Shown piece by piece: positions 11,241 to 25,500 of a stretch of DNA of 64,000 nt (within the stretch, counting starts at the first letter, position 1; every line of letters starts with the position of its first letter). The notes under the pieces are model-generated. The model was not told the DNA's origin. It was given only the letters and a program-made list of their open reading frames with translations, and made no database searches. Source of the DNA: Eledone cirrhosa (lineage: Eukaryota); NCBI GenBank assembly GCA_964016885.1, contig CAXHJY010000096.1, positions 496,001 to 560,000 on the forward strand. The letters are read 5' to 3'. The translations under genes and the position numbers were made by a program.

Positions 11241-14200
11241 TCAGGGGGAGATAATTTGTAAAAAAAATCAGGGGGAGATAATTTGTAAAAAAAAATCAGG
11301 GGGAGATAATTTGTAAAAAAAAATCAGGGGGAGATAATTTGTAAAAAAAATCAAGGGGAGATAATTTCCAGCCGTGCAAGGGGAGATAATTTCCAGCCGT
11401 CCAAGGGGAGATAATTTACATCCTTCCAAGGGGAGATAATTTCCAGCCGTCCAAGGGGAGATAATTTCCCGCCAGCCAAGGGAAGATAATTTTTAAAAAA
11501 ATCAGGGGGAGATAATTTGTAAAAAAAAAATCAGGGGGAGATAATTTGTAAAAAAAAATCAAGGGGAGATAATTTGTAAAAAAAATCAGGGGGAGATAAT
11601 TTGTAAAAAAAATCAGGGGGAGATAATTTGTAAAAAAAATCAGGGGGAGATAATTTGTAAAAAAAAATCAGGGGGAGATAATTTGTAAAAAAAAATCAAG
11701 GGGAGATAATTTGTAAAAAAAAATCAGGGGGAGATAATTTGTAAAAAAAAATCAGGGGGAGATAATTTGTAAAAAAAATCAAGGGGAGATAATTTGCAGC
11801 CGTCGAAGGGGAGATAATTTTCAGCCGTCCAAGGAGAGATAATTTCTAGCCGTCCAAGGGGAGATAATTTCCAGCCGTCCAAGGGGAGATAATTTCCAGC
11901 CGTCCAAGGGGAGATAATTTTTTTTAAAAAATCAAGCGGAGATAATTTGTAAAAAAAAAATCAGGGGGAGATAATTTGTAAAAAAAAATCAGGGGGAGAT
12001 AATTTGTAAAAAAAAATCAGGGGGAGATAATTTGTAAAAAAAATCAAGGGGAGATAATTTCCAGCCGTCCAAGGGAAGATAATTTCCAGCCGTCCAAGGG
12101 AAGATAATTTCCAGCCCTCCAAGGGGCTATAATTTCCAGCGTCCAAGGGGAGATAATTTCCAGCCAGCGAAGGGGAGATAATTTTTTTTTATAAAATCAG
12201 GGGGAGATAATTTGTAAAAAAAATCAGGGGGAGATAATTTGTAAAAAAAAATCAGGGGGAGATAATTTGTAAAAAAAAATCAGGGGGAGATAATTTGTAA
12301 AAAAAATCAAGGGGAGATAATTTCCAGCCGTGCAAGGGGAGATAATTTCCAGCCGTCCAAGGGGAGATAATTTACATCCTTCCAAGGGGAGATAATTTCC
12401 AGCCGTCCAAGGGGAGATAATTTCCCGCCAGCCAAGGGAAGATAATTTTTAAAAAAATCAGGGGGAGATAATTTGTAAAAGAAAAATCAGGGGGAGATAA
12501 TTTGTAAAAAAAAATCAAGGGGAGATAATTTGTAAAAAAAATCAGGGGGAGATAATTTGTAAAAAAAATCAGGGGGAGATAATTTGTAAAAAAAATCAGG
12601 GGGAGATAATTTGTAAAAAAAATCAAGGGGAGATAATTTGCAGCCGTCCAAGGGGAGATAATTTTCAGCCGTCCAAGGAGAGGTAATTTCTAGCCGTCCA
12701 AGGGGAGATAATTTCCAGCCGTCCAAGGGGAGATAATTTCCAGCCGTCCAAGGGGAGATAATTTTTTTTTAAAAATCAGGCGGAGATAATTTGTAAAAAA
12801 AAAAATCAGGGGGAGATAATTTGTAAAAAAAAATCAGGGGGAGATAATTTGTAAAAAAAAATCAGGGGGAGATAATTTGTAAAAAAAATCAAGGGGAGAT
12901 AATTTCCAGCCGTCCAAGGGAAGATAATTTCCAGCCGTCCAAGGGAAGATAATTTCCAGCCCTCCAAGGGGCTATAATTTCCAGCGTCCAAGGGGAGATA
13001 ATTTCCAGCCAGCGAAGGGGAGATAATTTTTTTTTTAAAAATCAGGGGGAGATAATTTGTAAAAAAAATCAGGGGGAGATAATTTGTAAAAAAAAATCAG
13101 GGGGAGATAATTTGTAAAAAAAAATCAGGGGGAGATAATTTGTAAAAAAAAATCAGGGGGAGATAATTTGTAAAAAAAATCAAGGGGAGATAATTTCCAG
13201 CCGTCCAAGGGAAGATAATTTCCAGCCGTCCAAGGGAAGATAATTTCCAGCCCTCCAAGGGGCTATAATTTCCAGCGTCCAAGGGGAGATAATTTCCAGC
13301 CAGCGAAGGGGAGATAATTTTTTTTTTAAAAATCAGGGGGAGATAATTTGTAAAAAAAATCAGGGGGAGATAATTTGTAAAAAAAAATCAGGGGGAGATA
13401 ATTTGTAAAAAAAAATCAGGGGGAGATAATTTGTAAAAAAAATCAAGGGGAGATAATTTCCAGCCGTGCAAGGGGAGATAATTTCCAGCCGTCCAAGGGG
13501 AGATAATTTACATCCTTCCAAGGGGAGATAATTTCCAGCCGTCCAAGGGGAGATAATTTCCCGCCAGCCAAGGGAAGATAATTTTTAAAAAAATCAGGGG
13601 GAGATAATTTGTAAAAAAAAAATCAGGGGGAGATAATTTGTAAAAAAAAATCAAGGGGAGATAATTTGTAAAAAAAATCAGGGGGAGATAATTTGTAAAA
13701 AAAATCAGGGGGAGATAATTTGTAAAAAAAATCAGGGGGAGATAATTTGTAAAAAAAAATCAGGGGGAGATAATTTGTAAAAAAAAATCAAGGGGAGATA
13801 ATTTGTAAAAAAAAATCAGGGGGAGATAATTTGTAAAAAAAAATCAGGGGGAGATAATTTGTAAAAAAAATCAAGGGGAGATAATTTGCAGCCGTCGAAG
13901 GGGAGATAATTTTCAGCCGTCCAAGGAGAGATAATTTCTAGCCGTCCAAGGGGAGATAATTTCCAGCCGTCCAAGGGGAGATAATTTCCAGCCGTCCAAG
14001 GGGAGATAATTTTTTTTAAAAAATCAAGCGGAGATAATTTGTAAAAAAAAAATCAGGGGGAGATAATTTGTAAAAAAAAATCAGGGGGAGATAATTTGTA
14101 AAAAAAAATCAGGGGGAGATAATTTGTAAAAAAAATCAAGGGGAGATAATTTCCAGCCGTCCAAGGGAAGATAATTTCCAGCCGTCCAAGGGAAGATAAT

Positions 14201-14660
14201 TTCCAGCCCTCCAAGGGGCTATAATTTCCAGCGTCCAAGGGGAGATAATTTCCAGCCAGCGAAGGGGAGATAATTTTTTTTTATAAAATCAGGGGGAGAT
14301 AATTTGTAAAAAAAATCAGGGGGAGATAATTTGTAAAAAAAAATCAGGGGGAGATAATTTGTAAAAAAAAATCAGGGGGAGATAATTTGTAAAAAAAATC
14401 AAGGGGAGATAATTTCCAGCCGTGCAAGGGGAGATAATTTCCAGCCGTCCAAGGGGAGATAATTTACATCCTTCCAAGGGGAGATAATTTCCAGCCGTCC
14501 AAGGGGAGATAATTTCCCGCCAGCCAAGGGAAGATAATTTTTAAAAAAATCAGGGGGAGATAATTTGTAAAAGAAAAATCAGGGGGAGATAATTTGTAAA
14601 AAAAAATCAAGGGGAGATAATTTGTAAAAAAAATCAGGGGGAGATAATTTGTAAAAAAAA
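10480..14660 (+). repeat. 2092-bp tandem HOR, 2 copies
   Basis: Offsets 10714/12806, 11005/13097 and 11961/14053 are all 2092. The private variant AAAAGAAAAA has its G at 12481 and 14573. Confidence 0.88.
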
Positions 14661-17600
14661 TCAGGGGGAGATAATTTGTAAAAAAATCAGGGGGAGATAA
14701 TTTGTAAAAAAAAAATCAGGGGGAGATAATTTGTAAAAAAAAATCAAGGGGAGATAATTTGTAAAAAAAAATCAGGGGGAGATAATTTGTAAAAAAAATC
14801 AGGGGGAGATAATTTGTAAAAAAAATCAGGGGGAGATAATTTGTAAAAAAAAATCAGGGGGAGATAATTTGTAAAAAAAAATCAGGGGGAGATAATTTGT
14901 AAAAAAAATCAGGGGGAGATAATTTGTAAAAAAAATCAGGGGGAGATAATTTGTAAAAAAAATCAAGGGGAGATAATTTGCAGCCGTCCAAGGGGAGATA
15001 ATTTTCAGCCGTCCAAGGAGAGGTAATTTCTAGCCGTCCAAGGGGAGATAATTTCCAGCCGTCCAAGGGGAGATAATTTCCAGCCGTCCAAGGGGAGATA
15101 ATTTTTTTTTAAAAATCAGGCGGAGATAATTTGTAAAAAAAAAAATCAGGGGGAGATAATTTGTAAAAAAAAATCAGGGGGAGATAATTTGTAAAAAAAA
15201 ATCAGGGGGAGATAATTTGTAAAAAAAATCAAGGGGAGATAATTTCCAGCCGTCCAAGGGAAGATAATTTCCAGCCGTCCAAGGGAAGATAATTTCCAGC
15301 CCTCCAAGGGGCTATAATTTCCAGCGTCCAAGGGGAGATAATTTCCAGCCAGCGAAGGGGAGATAATTTTTTTTTTTTAAATCAGGGGGAGATAATTTGT
15401 AAAAAAAATCAGGGGGAGATAATTTGTAAAAAAAAATCAGGGGGAGATAATTTGTAAAAAAAAATCAGGGGGAGATAATTTGTAAAAAAAATCAAGGGGA
15501 GATAATTTCCAGCCGTGCAAGGGGAGATAATTTCCAGCCGTCCAAGGGGAGATAATTTACATCCTTCCAAGGGGAGATAATTTCCAGCCGTCCAAGGGGA
15601 GATAATTTCCCGCCAGCCAAGGGAAGATAATTTTTAAAAAAATCAGGGGGAGATAATTTGTAAAAAAAAAATCAGGGGGAGATAATTTGTAAAAAAAAAT
15701 CAAGGGGAGATAATTTGTAAAAAAAATCAGGGGGAGATAATTTGTAAAAAAAAAATCAGGGGGAGATAATTTGTAAAAAAAAATCAAGGGGAGATAATTT
15801 GTAAAAAAAATCAGGGGGAGATAATTTGTAAAAAAAATCAGGGGGAGATAATTTGTAAAAAAATCAGGGGGAGATAATTTGTAAAAAAAAAATCAGGGGG
15901 AGATAATTTGTAAAAAAAAATCAAGGGGAGATAATTTGTAAAAAAAAATCAGGGGGAGATAATTTGTAAAAAAAAATCAGGGGGAGATAATTTGTAAAAA
16001 AAATCAAGGGGAGATAATTTGCAGCCGTCCAAGGGGAGATAATTTTCAGCCGTCCAAGGAGAGATAATTTCTAGCCGTCCAAGGGGAGATAATTTCCAGC
16101 CGTCCAAGGGGAGATAATTTCCAGCCGTCCAAGGGGAGATAATTTTTTTTAAAAAATCAAGCGGAGATAATTTGTAAAAAAAAAATCAGGGGGAGATAAT
16201 TTGTAAAAAAAAATCAGGGGGAGATAATTTGTAAAAAAAAATCAGGGGGAGATAATTTGTAAAAAAAATCAAGGGGAGATAATTTCCAGCCGTCCAAGGG
16301 AAGATAATTTCCAGCCGTCCAAGGGAAGATAATTTCCAGCCCTCCAAGGGGCTATAATTTCCAGCGTCCAAGGGGAGATAATTTCCAGCCAGCGAAGGGG
16401 AGATAATTTTTTTTTTTTAAATCAGGGGGAGATAATTTGTAAAAAAAATCAGGGGGAGATAATTTGTAAAAAAAAATCAGGGGGAGATAATTTGTAAAAA
16501 AAAATCAGGGGGAGATAATTTGTAAAAAAAATCAAGGGGAGATAATTTCCAGCCGTGCAAGGGGAGATAATTTCCAGCCGTCCAAGGGGAGATAATTTAC
16601 ATCCTTCCAAGGGGAGATAATTTCCAGCCGTCCAAGGGGAGATAATTTCCCGCCAGCCAAGGGAAGATAATTTTTAAAAAAATCAGGGGGAGATAATTTG
16701 TAAAAAAAAAATCAGGGGGAGATAATTTGTAAAAAAAAATCAAGGGGAGATAATTTGTAAAAAAAATCAGGGGGAGATAATTTGTAAAAAAAATCAGGGG
16801 GAGATAATTTGTAAAAAAATCAGGGGGAGATAATTTGTAAAAAAAAAATCAGGGGGAGATAATTTGTAAAAAAAAATCAAGGGGAGATAATTTGTAAAAA
16901 AAAATCAGGGGGAGATAATTTGTAAAAAAAATCAGGGGGAGATAATTTGTAAAAAAATCAGGGGGAGATAATTTGTAAAAAAAAATCAGGGGGAGATAAT
17001 TTGTAAAAAAAAATCAGGGGGAGATAATTTGTAAAAAAAATCAGGGGGAGATAATTTGTAAAAAAAATCAGGGGGAGATAATTTGTAAAAAAAATCAAGG
17101 GGAGATAATTTGCAGCCGTCCAAGGGGAGATAATCTTCAGCCGTCCAAGGAGAGGTAATTTCTAGCCGTCCAAGGGGAGATAATTTCCAGCCGTCCAAGG
17201 GGAGATAATTTCCAGCCGTCCAAGGGGAGATAATTTTTTTTAAAAATCAGGCGGAGATAATTTGTAAAAAAAAAAATCAGGGGGAGATAATTTGTAAGAA
17301 AAATCAGGGGGAGATAATTTGTAAAAAAAAATCAGGGGGAGATAATTTGTAAAAAAAATCAAGGGGAGATAATTTCCAGCCGTCCAAGGGAAGATAATTT
17401 CCAGCCCTCCAAGGGGCTATAATTTCCAGCGTCCAAGGGGAGATAATTTCCAGCCAGCGAAGGGGAGATAATTTTTTTTTTAAAAATCATGCGGGGATAA
17501 TTTGTAAAAAAAATCAGGGGGAGATAATTTGTAAAAAAAATCAAGGGGAGATAATTTCCAGCCGTCCAAAGAGAGATAATTTCTAGCCGTCCAAGGGGAG

Positions 17601-18899
17601 ATAATTTCCAGCCGTCCAAGGGGAGATAATTTCCCGCCAGCCAAGGGAAGATAATTTTTTAAAAAATCAGGCGGAGATTGTAAAAAAAATCAGGGGGAGA
17701 TAATTTGTAAAAAAATCAGGGGGAGATAATTTGTAAAAAAAAAATCAGGGGGAGATAATTTGTAAAAAAAAATCAGAGGGAGATAATTTGTAAAAAAAAA
17801 TCAGGGGGAGATAATTTGTAAAAAAAATCAGGGGTAGATAATTTGTAAAAAAAATCAGGGGGAGATAATTTGTAAAAAAAATCAGGGGGAGATAATTTGT
17901 AAAAAAAATCAGGGGGAGATAATTTGTAAAAAAAATCAAGGGGAGATAATTTGCAGCCGTCCAAGGGGAGATAATTTTCAGCCGTCCAAGGAGAGGTAAT
18001 TTCTAGCCGTCCAAGGGGAGATAATTTCCAGCCGTCCAAGGGGAGATAATTTCCAGCCGTCCAAGGGGAGATAATTTTTTTTTAAAAATCAGGCGGAGAT
18101 AATTTGTAAAAAAAAAAATCAGGGGGAGATAATTTGTAAAAAAAAATCAGGGGGAGATAATTTGTAAAAAAAAATCAGGGGGAGATAATTTGTAAAAAAA
18201 ATTAAGGGGAGATAATTTTCAGCCGTCCAAGGGAAGATAATTTCCAGCCCTCCAAGGGGCTATAATTTCCAGCGTCCAAGGGGAGATAATTTCCAGCCAG
18301 CGAAGGGGAGATAATTTTTTTTTTTAAAATCATGCGGGGATAATTTGTAAAAAAAATCAGGGGGAGATAATTTGTAAAAAAAATCAAGGGGAGATAATTT
18401 CCAGCCGTCCAAAGAGAGATAATTTCTAGCCGTCCAAGGGGAGATAATTTCCAGCCGTCCAAGGGGAGATAATTTCCCGCCAGCCAAAGGAAGATAATTT
18501 TTTAAAAAATCAGGCGGAGATTGTAAAAAAAATCAGGGGGAGATAATTTGTAAAAAAAATCAGGGGGAGATAATTTGTAAAAAAAATCAGGGGGAGATAA
18601 TTTGTAAAAAAAATCAGGGGGAGATAATTTGTAAAAAAAAATCAGGGGGAGATAATTTGTAAAAAAAATCAGGGGGAGATAATTTGTAAAAAAAATCAGG
18701 GGGAGATAATTTGTAAAAAAAATCAAGGGGAGATAATTTGCAGCCGTCCAAGGGGAGATAATTTTCAGCCGTCCAAGGAGAGGTAATTTCTAGCCGTCCA
18801 AGGGGAGATAATTTCCAGCCGTCCAAGGGGAGATAATTTCCAGCCGTTCAAGGGGAGATAATTTTTTTAAAAAAATCAGGCGGAGATAATTTGTAAAAA

Positions 18900-20300
18900 A
18901 AAAATCAGGGGGAGATAATTTGTAAAAAAAAATCAGGGGGAGATAATTTGTAAAAAAAAATCAGGGGGAGATAATTTGTAAAAAAATCAAGGGGAGATAA
19001 TTTCCAGCCGGCCAAGGGGAGATAATTTTCAGCCGTCCAAGGAGAGGTAATTTCTAGCCGTCCAAGGGGAGATAATTTCCAGCCGTCCAAGGGGAGATAA
19101 TTTCCAGCCGTCCAAGGGGAGATAATTTCCAGCCGTCCAAGGAGACATATTTTCCAGCCGTCCAAGGAGAGGTAATTTCTAGCCGTCCAAGGGGAGATAA
19201 ATTCCTGCCTCCAAGGGGAGATAATTTCCAGCCAGCCAAGGGGAGATAATTTGTAAAAAAATCAGGGGGAGATAATTTGTAAAAAAAATCAGGGGGAGAT
19301 AATTTGTAAAAAAAAATCAGGGGGAGATAATTTGTAAAAAAAAATCAGGGGAGATAATTTGTAAAAAAAATCAGGGGAAGATAATTTGTAAAAAAAATCA
19401 AGGGGAGATAATTTCCAGCCGTCCAAGGGGAGATAATTTTCAGCCGTCCAAGGAGAGGTAATTTCTAGCCGTCCAAGGAGAGATAATTTCCAGCCGTCCA
19501 AGGGGAGATAATTTCCAGCCTTCCAAGGGGAGATGATTTTTAAAAAAAAATCAGGCGGAGATAAGTTGTAAAAAAAAATCAGGGGTTGATAATTTGTAAA
19601 AAAAAATCAGGGGGAGATAATTTGTAAAAAAAAATCAGGGGGAGATAATTTGTAAAAAAAATCAAGGGGAGATAATTTCCAGCCGTCCAAGGGAAGATAA
19701 TTTCCAGCCCTCCAAGGGGCTATAATTTCCAGCGTCCAAGGGGAGATAATTTCCAGCCAGCGAAGGGGAGATAATTTTTTAAAAAAAATCACTGGGATAT
19801 TTGTAAAAAAAATCAGGGGGAGATAATTTGTAAAAAAAATCAAGGGGAGATAATTTCCAGCCGTCCAAAGAGAGATAATTTCTAGCCGTCCAAGGGGAGA
19901 TAATTTCCAGCCTTCCAAGGGGAGATAATTTTTTAAAAAATCAGGTGGAGATAATTTGTAAAAAAAATCAGTGGAAGATAATTTGTAAAAACAAAATCAA
20001 GGGCAGATAATTTCCAGCCGTCCAAGGGGAGATAATTTCCCGCCAGCCAAGGGAAGATAATATTTAAAAAAATCAGGCGGAGATAATTTGTAAAAAAAAT
20101 CAGGGGGAGATAATTTGTAAAAAAATCAGGGGGAGATAATTTGTAAAAGAAAAATCAGGGGGAGATAATTTGTAAAAAAAATCAGGGGGAGATAATTTGT
20201 AAAAAAAATCAGGGGTAGATAATTTGTAAATAAAAATCAGGGGGAGATAATTTGTAAAAAAAAATCAGGGGGAGATAATTTGTAAAAAAAATCAAGGGGA
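18900..20300 (+). repeat. Diverged sub-domain of the satellite including a 10-monomer B block; further copies at ~27110-28500, 33245-34640, 47155-48545 and 61120-62510
   Basis: Cluster of private variants (GGAGACATATTTT, AAATTCCTGCCTCC, GATGATTTT, GATAAGTTG, CACTGGGATATTT, CAGGTGG, CAGTGGAAG, AAGGGCAG) in the same order in five places. Confidence 0.92.
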
Positions 20301-22589
20301 GATAATTTGCAGCCGTCCAAGGGGAGATAATTTTCAGCCGTCCAAGGAGAGATAATTTCTAGCCGTCCAAGGGGAGATAATTTCCAGCCGTCCAAGGGGA
20401 GATAATTTCCAGCCGTCCAAGGGGAGATAATTTTTTTTAAAAAATCAAGCGGAGATAATTTGTAAAAAAAAAATCAGGGGGTGATAATTTGTAAAAAAAA
20501 ATCAGGGGGAGATAATTTGTAAAAAAAAATCAGGGGGAGATAATTTGTAAAAAAAATCAAGGGGAGATAATTTCCAGCCGTCCAAGGGAAGATAATTTCC
20601 AGCCGTCCAAGGGAAGATAATTTCCAGCCCTCCAAGGGGCTATAATTTCCAGCGTCCAAGGGGAGATAATTTCCAGCCAGCGAAGGGGAGATAATTTTTT
20701 TTTTAAAAATCAGGGGGAGATAATTTGTAAAAAAAATCAGGGGGAGATAATTTGTAAAAAAAAATCAGGGGGAGATAATTTGTAAAAAAAAATCAGGGGG
20801 AGATAATTTGTAAAAAAAATCAAGGGGAGATAATTTCAAGCCGTGCAAGGGGAGATAATTTCCAGCCGTCCAAGGGGAGATAATTTACATCCTTCCAAGG
20901 GGAGATAATTTCCCGCCAGCCAAGGGAAGATAATTTTTAAAAAAATCAGGGGGAGATAATTTGTAAAAAAAAAATCAGGGGGAGATAATTTGTAAAAAAA
21001 AATCAAGGGGAGATAATTTGTAAAAAAAATCAGGGGGAGATAATTTGTAAAAAAAAAATCAGGGGGAGATAATTTGTAAAAAAAAATCAAGGGGAGATAA
21101 TTTGTAAAAAAAATCAGGGGGAGATAATTTGTAAAAAAAATCAGGGGGAGATAATTTGTAAAAAAATCAGGGGGAGATAATTTGTAAAAAAAAAATCAGG
21201 GGGAGATAATTTGTAAAAAAAATCAAGGGGAGATAATTTGTAAAAAAAAATCAGGGGGAGATAATTTGTAAAAAAAAATCAGGGGGAGATAATTTGTAAA
21301 AAAAATCAAGGGGAGATAATTTGCAGCCGTCCAAGGGGAGATAATTTTCAGCCGTCCAAGGAGAGATAATTTCTAGCCGTCCAAGGGGAGATAATTTCCA
21401 GCCGTCCAAGGGGAGATAATTTCCAGCCGTCCAAGGGGAGATAATTTTTTTTAAAAAATCAAGCGGAGATAATTTGTAAAAAAAAAATCAGGGGGAGATA
21501 ATTTGTAAAAAAAAATCAGGGGGAGATAATTTGTAAAAAAAAATCAGGGGGAGATAATTTGTAAAAAAAATCAAGGGGAGATAATTTCCAGCCGTCCAAG
21601 GGAAGATAATTTCCAGCCGTCCAAGGGAAGATAATTTCCAGCCCTCCAAGGGGCTATAATTTCCAGCGTCCAAGGGGAGATAATTTCCAGCCAGCGAAGG
21701 GGAGATAATTTTTTTTTTTTAAATCAGGGGGAGATAATTTGTAAAAAAAATCAGGGGGAGATAATTTGTAAAAAAAAATCAGGGGGAGATAATTTGTAAA
21801 AAAAAATCAGGGGGAGATAATTTGTAAAAAAAATCAAAGGGAGATAATTTCCAGCCGTGCAAGGGGAGATAATTTCCAGCCGTCCAAGGGGAGATAATTT
21901 ACATCCTTCCAAGGGGAGATAATTTCCAGCCGTCCAAGGGGAGATAATTTCCCGCCAGCCAAGGGAAGATAATTTTTAAAAAAATCAGGGGGAGATAATT
22001 TGTAAAAAAAAAATCAGGGGGAGATAATTTGTAAAAAAAAATCAAGGGGAGATAATTTGTAAAAAAAATCAGGGGGAGATAATTTGTAAAAAAAATCAGG
22101 GGGAGATAATTTGTAAAAAAATCAGGTGGAGATAATTTGTAAAAAAAAAATCAGGGGGAGATAATTTGTAAAAAAAAATCAAGGGGAGATAATTTGTAAA
22201 AAAAAATCAGGGGGAGATAATTTGTAAAAAAAATCAGGGGGAGATAATTTGTAAAAAAATCAGGGGGAGATAATTTGTAAAAAAAAATCAGGGGGAGATA
22301 ATTTGTAAAAAAAAATCAGGGGGAGATAATTTGTAAAAAAAATCAGGGGGAGATAATTTGTAAAAAAAATCAGGGGGAGATAATTTGTAAAAAAAATCAA
22401 GGGGAGATAATTTGCAGCCGTCCAAGGGGAGATAATTTTCAGCCGTCCAAGGAGAGGTAATTTCTAGCCGTCCAAGGGGAGATAATTTCCAGCCGTCCAA
22501 GGGGAGATAATTTCCAGCCGTCCAAGGGGAGATAATTTTTTTTTTTAAATCAGGCGGAGATAATTTGTAAAAAAAAAAATCAGGGGGAG

Positions 22590-25500
22590 ATAATTTGTAA
22601 AAAAAAATCAGGGGGAGATAATTTGTAAAAAAAAATCAGGGGGAGATAATTTGTAAAAAAAATCAAGGGGAGATAATTTGCAGCCGTCCAAGGGGAGATA
22701 ATTTTCAGCCGTCCAAGGAGAGGTAATTTCTAGCCGTCCAAGGGGAGATAAATTCCAGCCTCCAAGGGGAGATAATTTCCAGCCAGCCAAGGGGAGATAA
22801 TTTGTAAAAAAATCAGGGGGAGATAATTTGTAAAAAAAATCAGGGGGAGATAATTTGTAACAAAAAATCAGGGGGAGATAATTTGTAAAAAAAAATCAGG
22901 GGGAGATAATTTGTAAAAAAAATCAGGGGGAGATAATTTGTAAAGAAAATCAAGGGGAGTTAATTTCCAGCCGTCCAAGGGGAGATAATTTTCATCCGTC
23001 CAAGGATAGGTAATTTCTAGCCGTCCAAGGAGAGATAATTTCCAGCCGTCCAAGGGGAGATAATTTCCAGCCGTCCAAGGGGAGATAATTTTTTTAAAAA
23101 AATCAGGCGGAGATAAGTTGTAAAAAAAATCAGGGGGAGATAATTTGTAAAAAAAAATCAGGGGGAGATAATTTGTAAAAAAAAATCAGGGGGAGATAAT
23201 TTGTAAAAAAAATCAAGAGAAGATAATTTCCAGCCGTCCAAGGGAAGATAATTTCCAGCCCTCCAAGGGGCTATAATTTCCAGCGTCCAAGGGGAGATAA
23301 TTTCCAGCCAGCGAAGGGGAGATAATTTTAAAAAAAAAATCAGTGGGAGATTTGTAAAAAAAATCAGGGGGAGATAATTTGTAAAAAAAATCAAGGGGAG
23401 ATAATTTCCAGCCGTCCAAAGAGAGATAATTTCTAGCCGTCCAAGGGGAGATAATTTACATCCTTCCAAGGGGAGATAATTTCCAGCCGTCCAAGGGGAG
23501 ATAATTTCCCGCCAGCCAAGGGAAGATAATTTTTAAAAAAATCAGGGGGAGATAATTTGTAAAAAAAAAATCAGGGGGAGATAATTTGTAACAAAAAATC
23601 AAGGGGAGATAATTTGTAAAAAAAATCAGGGGGAGATAATTTGTAAAAAAAATCAGGGGGAGATAATTTGTAAAAAAATCAGGGGGAGATAATTTGTAAA
23701 AAAAAATCAGGGGGAGATAATTTGTAAAAAAAATCAAGGGGAGATAATTTGTAAAAAAAAATCAGGGGGAGATAATTTGTAAAAAAAAATCAGGGGGAGA
23801 TAATTTGTAAAAAAAATCAAGGGGAGATAATTTGCAGCCGTCGAAGGGGAGATAATTTTCAGCCGTCCAAGGAGAGATAATTTCTAGCCGTCCAAGGGGA
23901 GATAATTTCCAGCCGTCCAAGGGGAGATAATTTCCAGCCGTCCAAGGGGAGATAATTTTTTTTAAAAAATCAAGCGGAGATAATTTGTAAAAAAAAAATC
24001 AGGGGGAGATAATTTGTAAAAAAAAATCAGGGGGAGATAATTTGTAAAAAAAAATCAGGGGGAGATAATTTGTAAAAAAAATCAAGGGGAGATAATTTCC
24101 AGCCGTCCAAGGGAAGATAATTTCCAGCCGTCCAAGGGAAGATAATTTCCAGCCCTCCAAGGGGCTATAATTTCCAGCGTCCAAGGGGAGATAATTTCCA
24201 GCCAGCGAAGGGGAGATAATTTTTTTTTAAAAAATCAGGGGGAGATAATTTGTAAAAAAAATCAGGGGGAGATAATTTGTAAAAAAAAATCAGGGGGAGA
24301 TAATTTGTAAAAAAAAATCAGGGGGAGATAATTTGTAAAAAAAATCAAGGGGAGATAATTTCCAGCCGTGCAAGGGGAGATAATTTCCAGCCGTCCAAGG
24401 GGAGATAATTTACATCCTTCCAAGGGGAGATAATTTCCAGCCGTCCAAGGGGAGATAATTTCCCGCCAGCCAAGGGAAGATAATTTTTAAAAAAATCAGG
24501 GGGAGATAATTTGTAAAAAAAAAATCAGGGGGAGATAATTTGTAACAAAAAATCAAGGGGAGATAATTTGTAAAAAAAATCAGGGGGAGATAATTTGTAA
24601 AAAATATCAGGGGGAGATAATTTGTAAAAAAATCAGGGGGAGATAATTTGTAAAAAAAAATCAGGGGGAGATAATTTGTAAAAAAAAATCAAGGGGAGAT
24701 AATTTGTAAAAAAAAATCAGGGGGAGATAATTTGTAAAAAAAAATCAGGGGGAGATAATTTGTAAAAAAAATCAAGGGGAGATAATTTGCAGCCGTCGAA
24801 GGGGAGATAATTTTCAGCCGTCCAAGGAGAGATAATTTCTAGCCGTCCAAGGGGAGATAATTTCCAGCCGTCCAAGGGGAGATAATTTCCAGCCGTCCAA
24901 GGGGAGATAATTTTTTTTAAAAAATCAGGGGGAGATAATTTGTAAAAAAAATCAGGGGGAGATAATTTGTAAAAAAAAATCAGTGGGAGATAATTTGTAA
25001 AAAAAAATCAGGGGGAGATAATTTGTAAAAAAAATCAAGGGGAGATAATTTCCAGCCGTGCAAGGGGAGATAATTTCCAGCCGTCCAAGGGGAGATAATT
25101 TACATCCTTCCAAGGGGAGATAATTTCCAGCCGTCCAAGGGGAGATAATTTCCCGCCAGCCAAGGGAAGATAATTTTTAAAAAAATCAGGGGGAGATAAT
25201 TTGTAAAAAAAAAATCAGGGGGAGATAATTTGTAAAAAAAAATCAAGGGGGAGATAATTTGTAAAAAAATCAAGGGGGAGATAATTTGTAAAAAAAATCA
25301 GGGGGAGATAATTTGTAAAAAAAATCAGGGGGAGATAATTTGTAAAAAAAAATCAGGGGGAGATAACTTGTAAAAAAAATCAGGGGGAGATAATTTGTAA
25401 AAAAAATCAGGGGGAGATAATTTGTAAAAAAAAATCAGGGGGAGATAATTTGTAAAAAAAAATCAGGGGGAGATAATTTGTAAAAAAAATCAGGGGGAGA

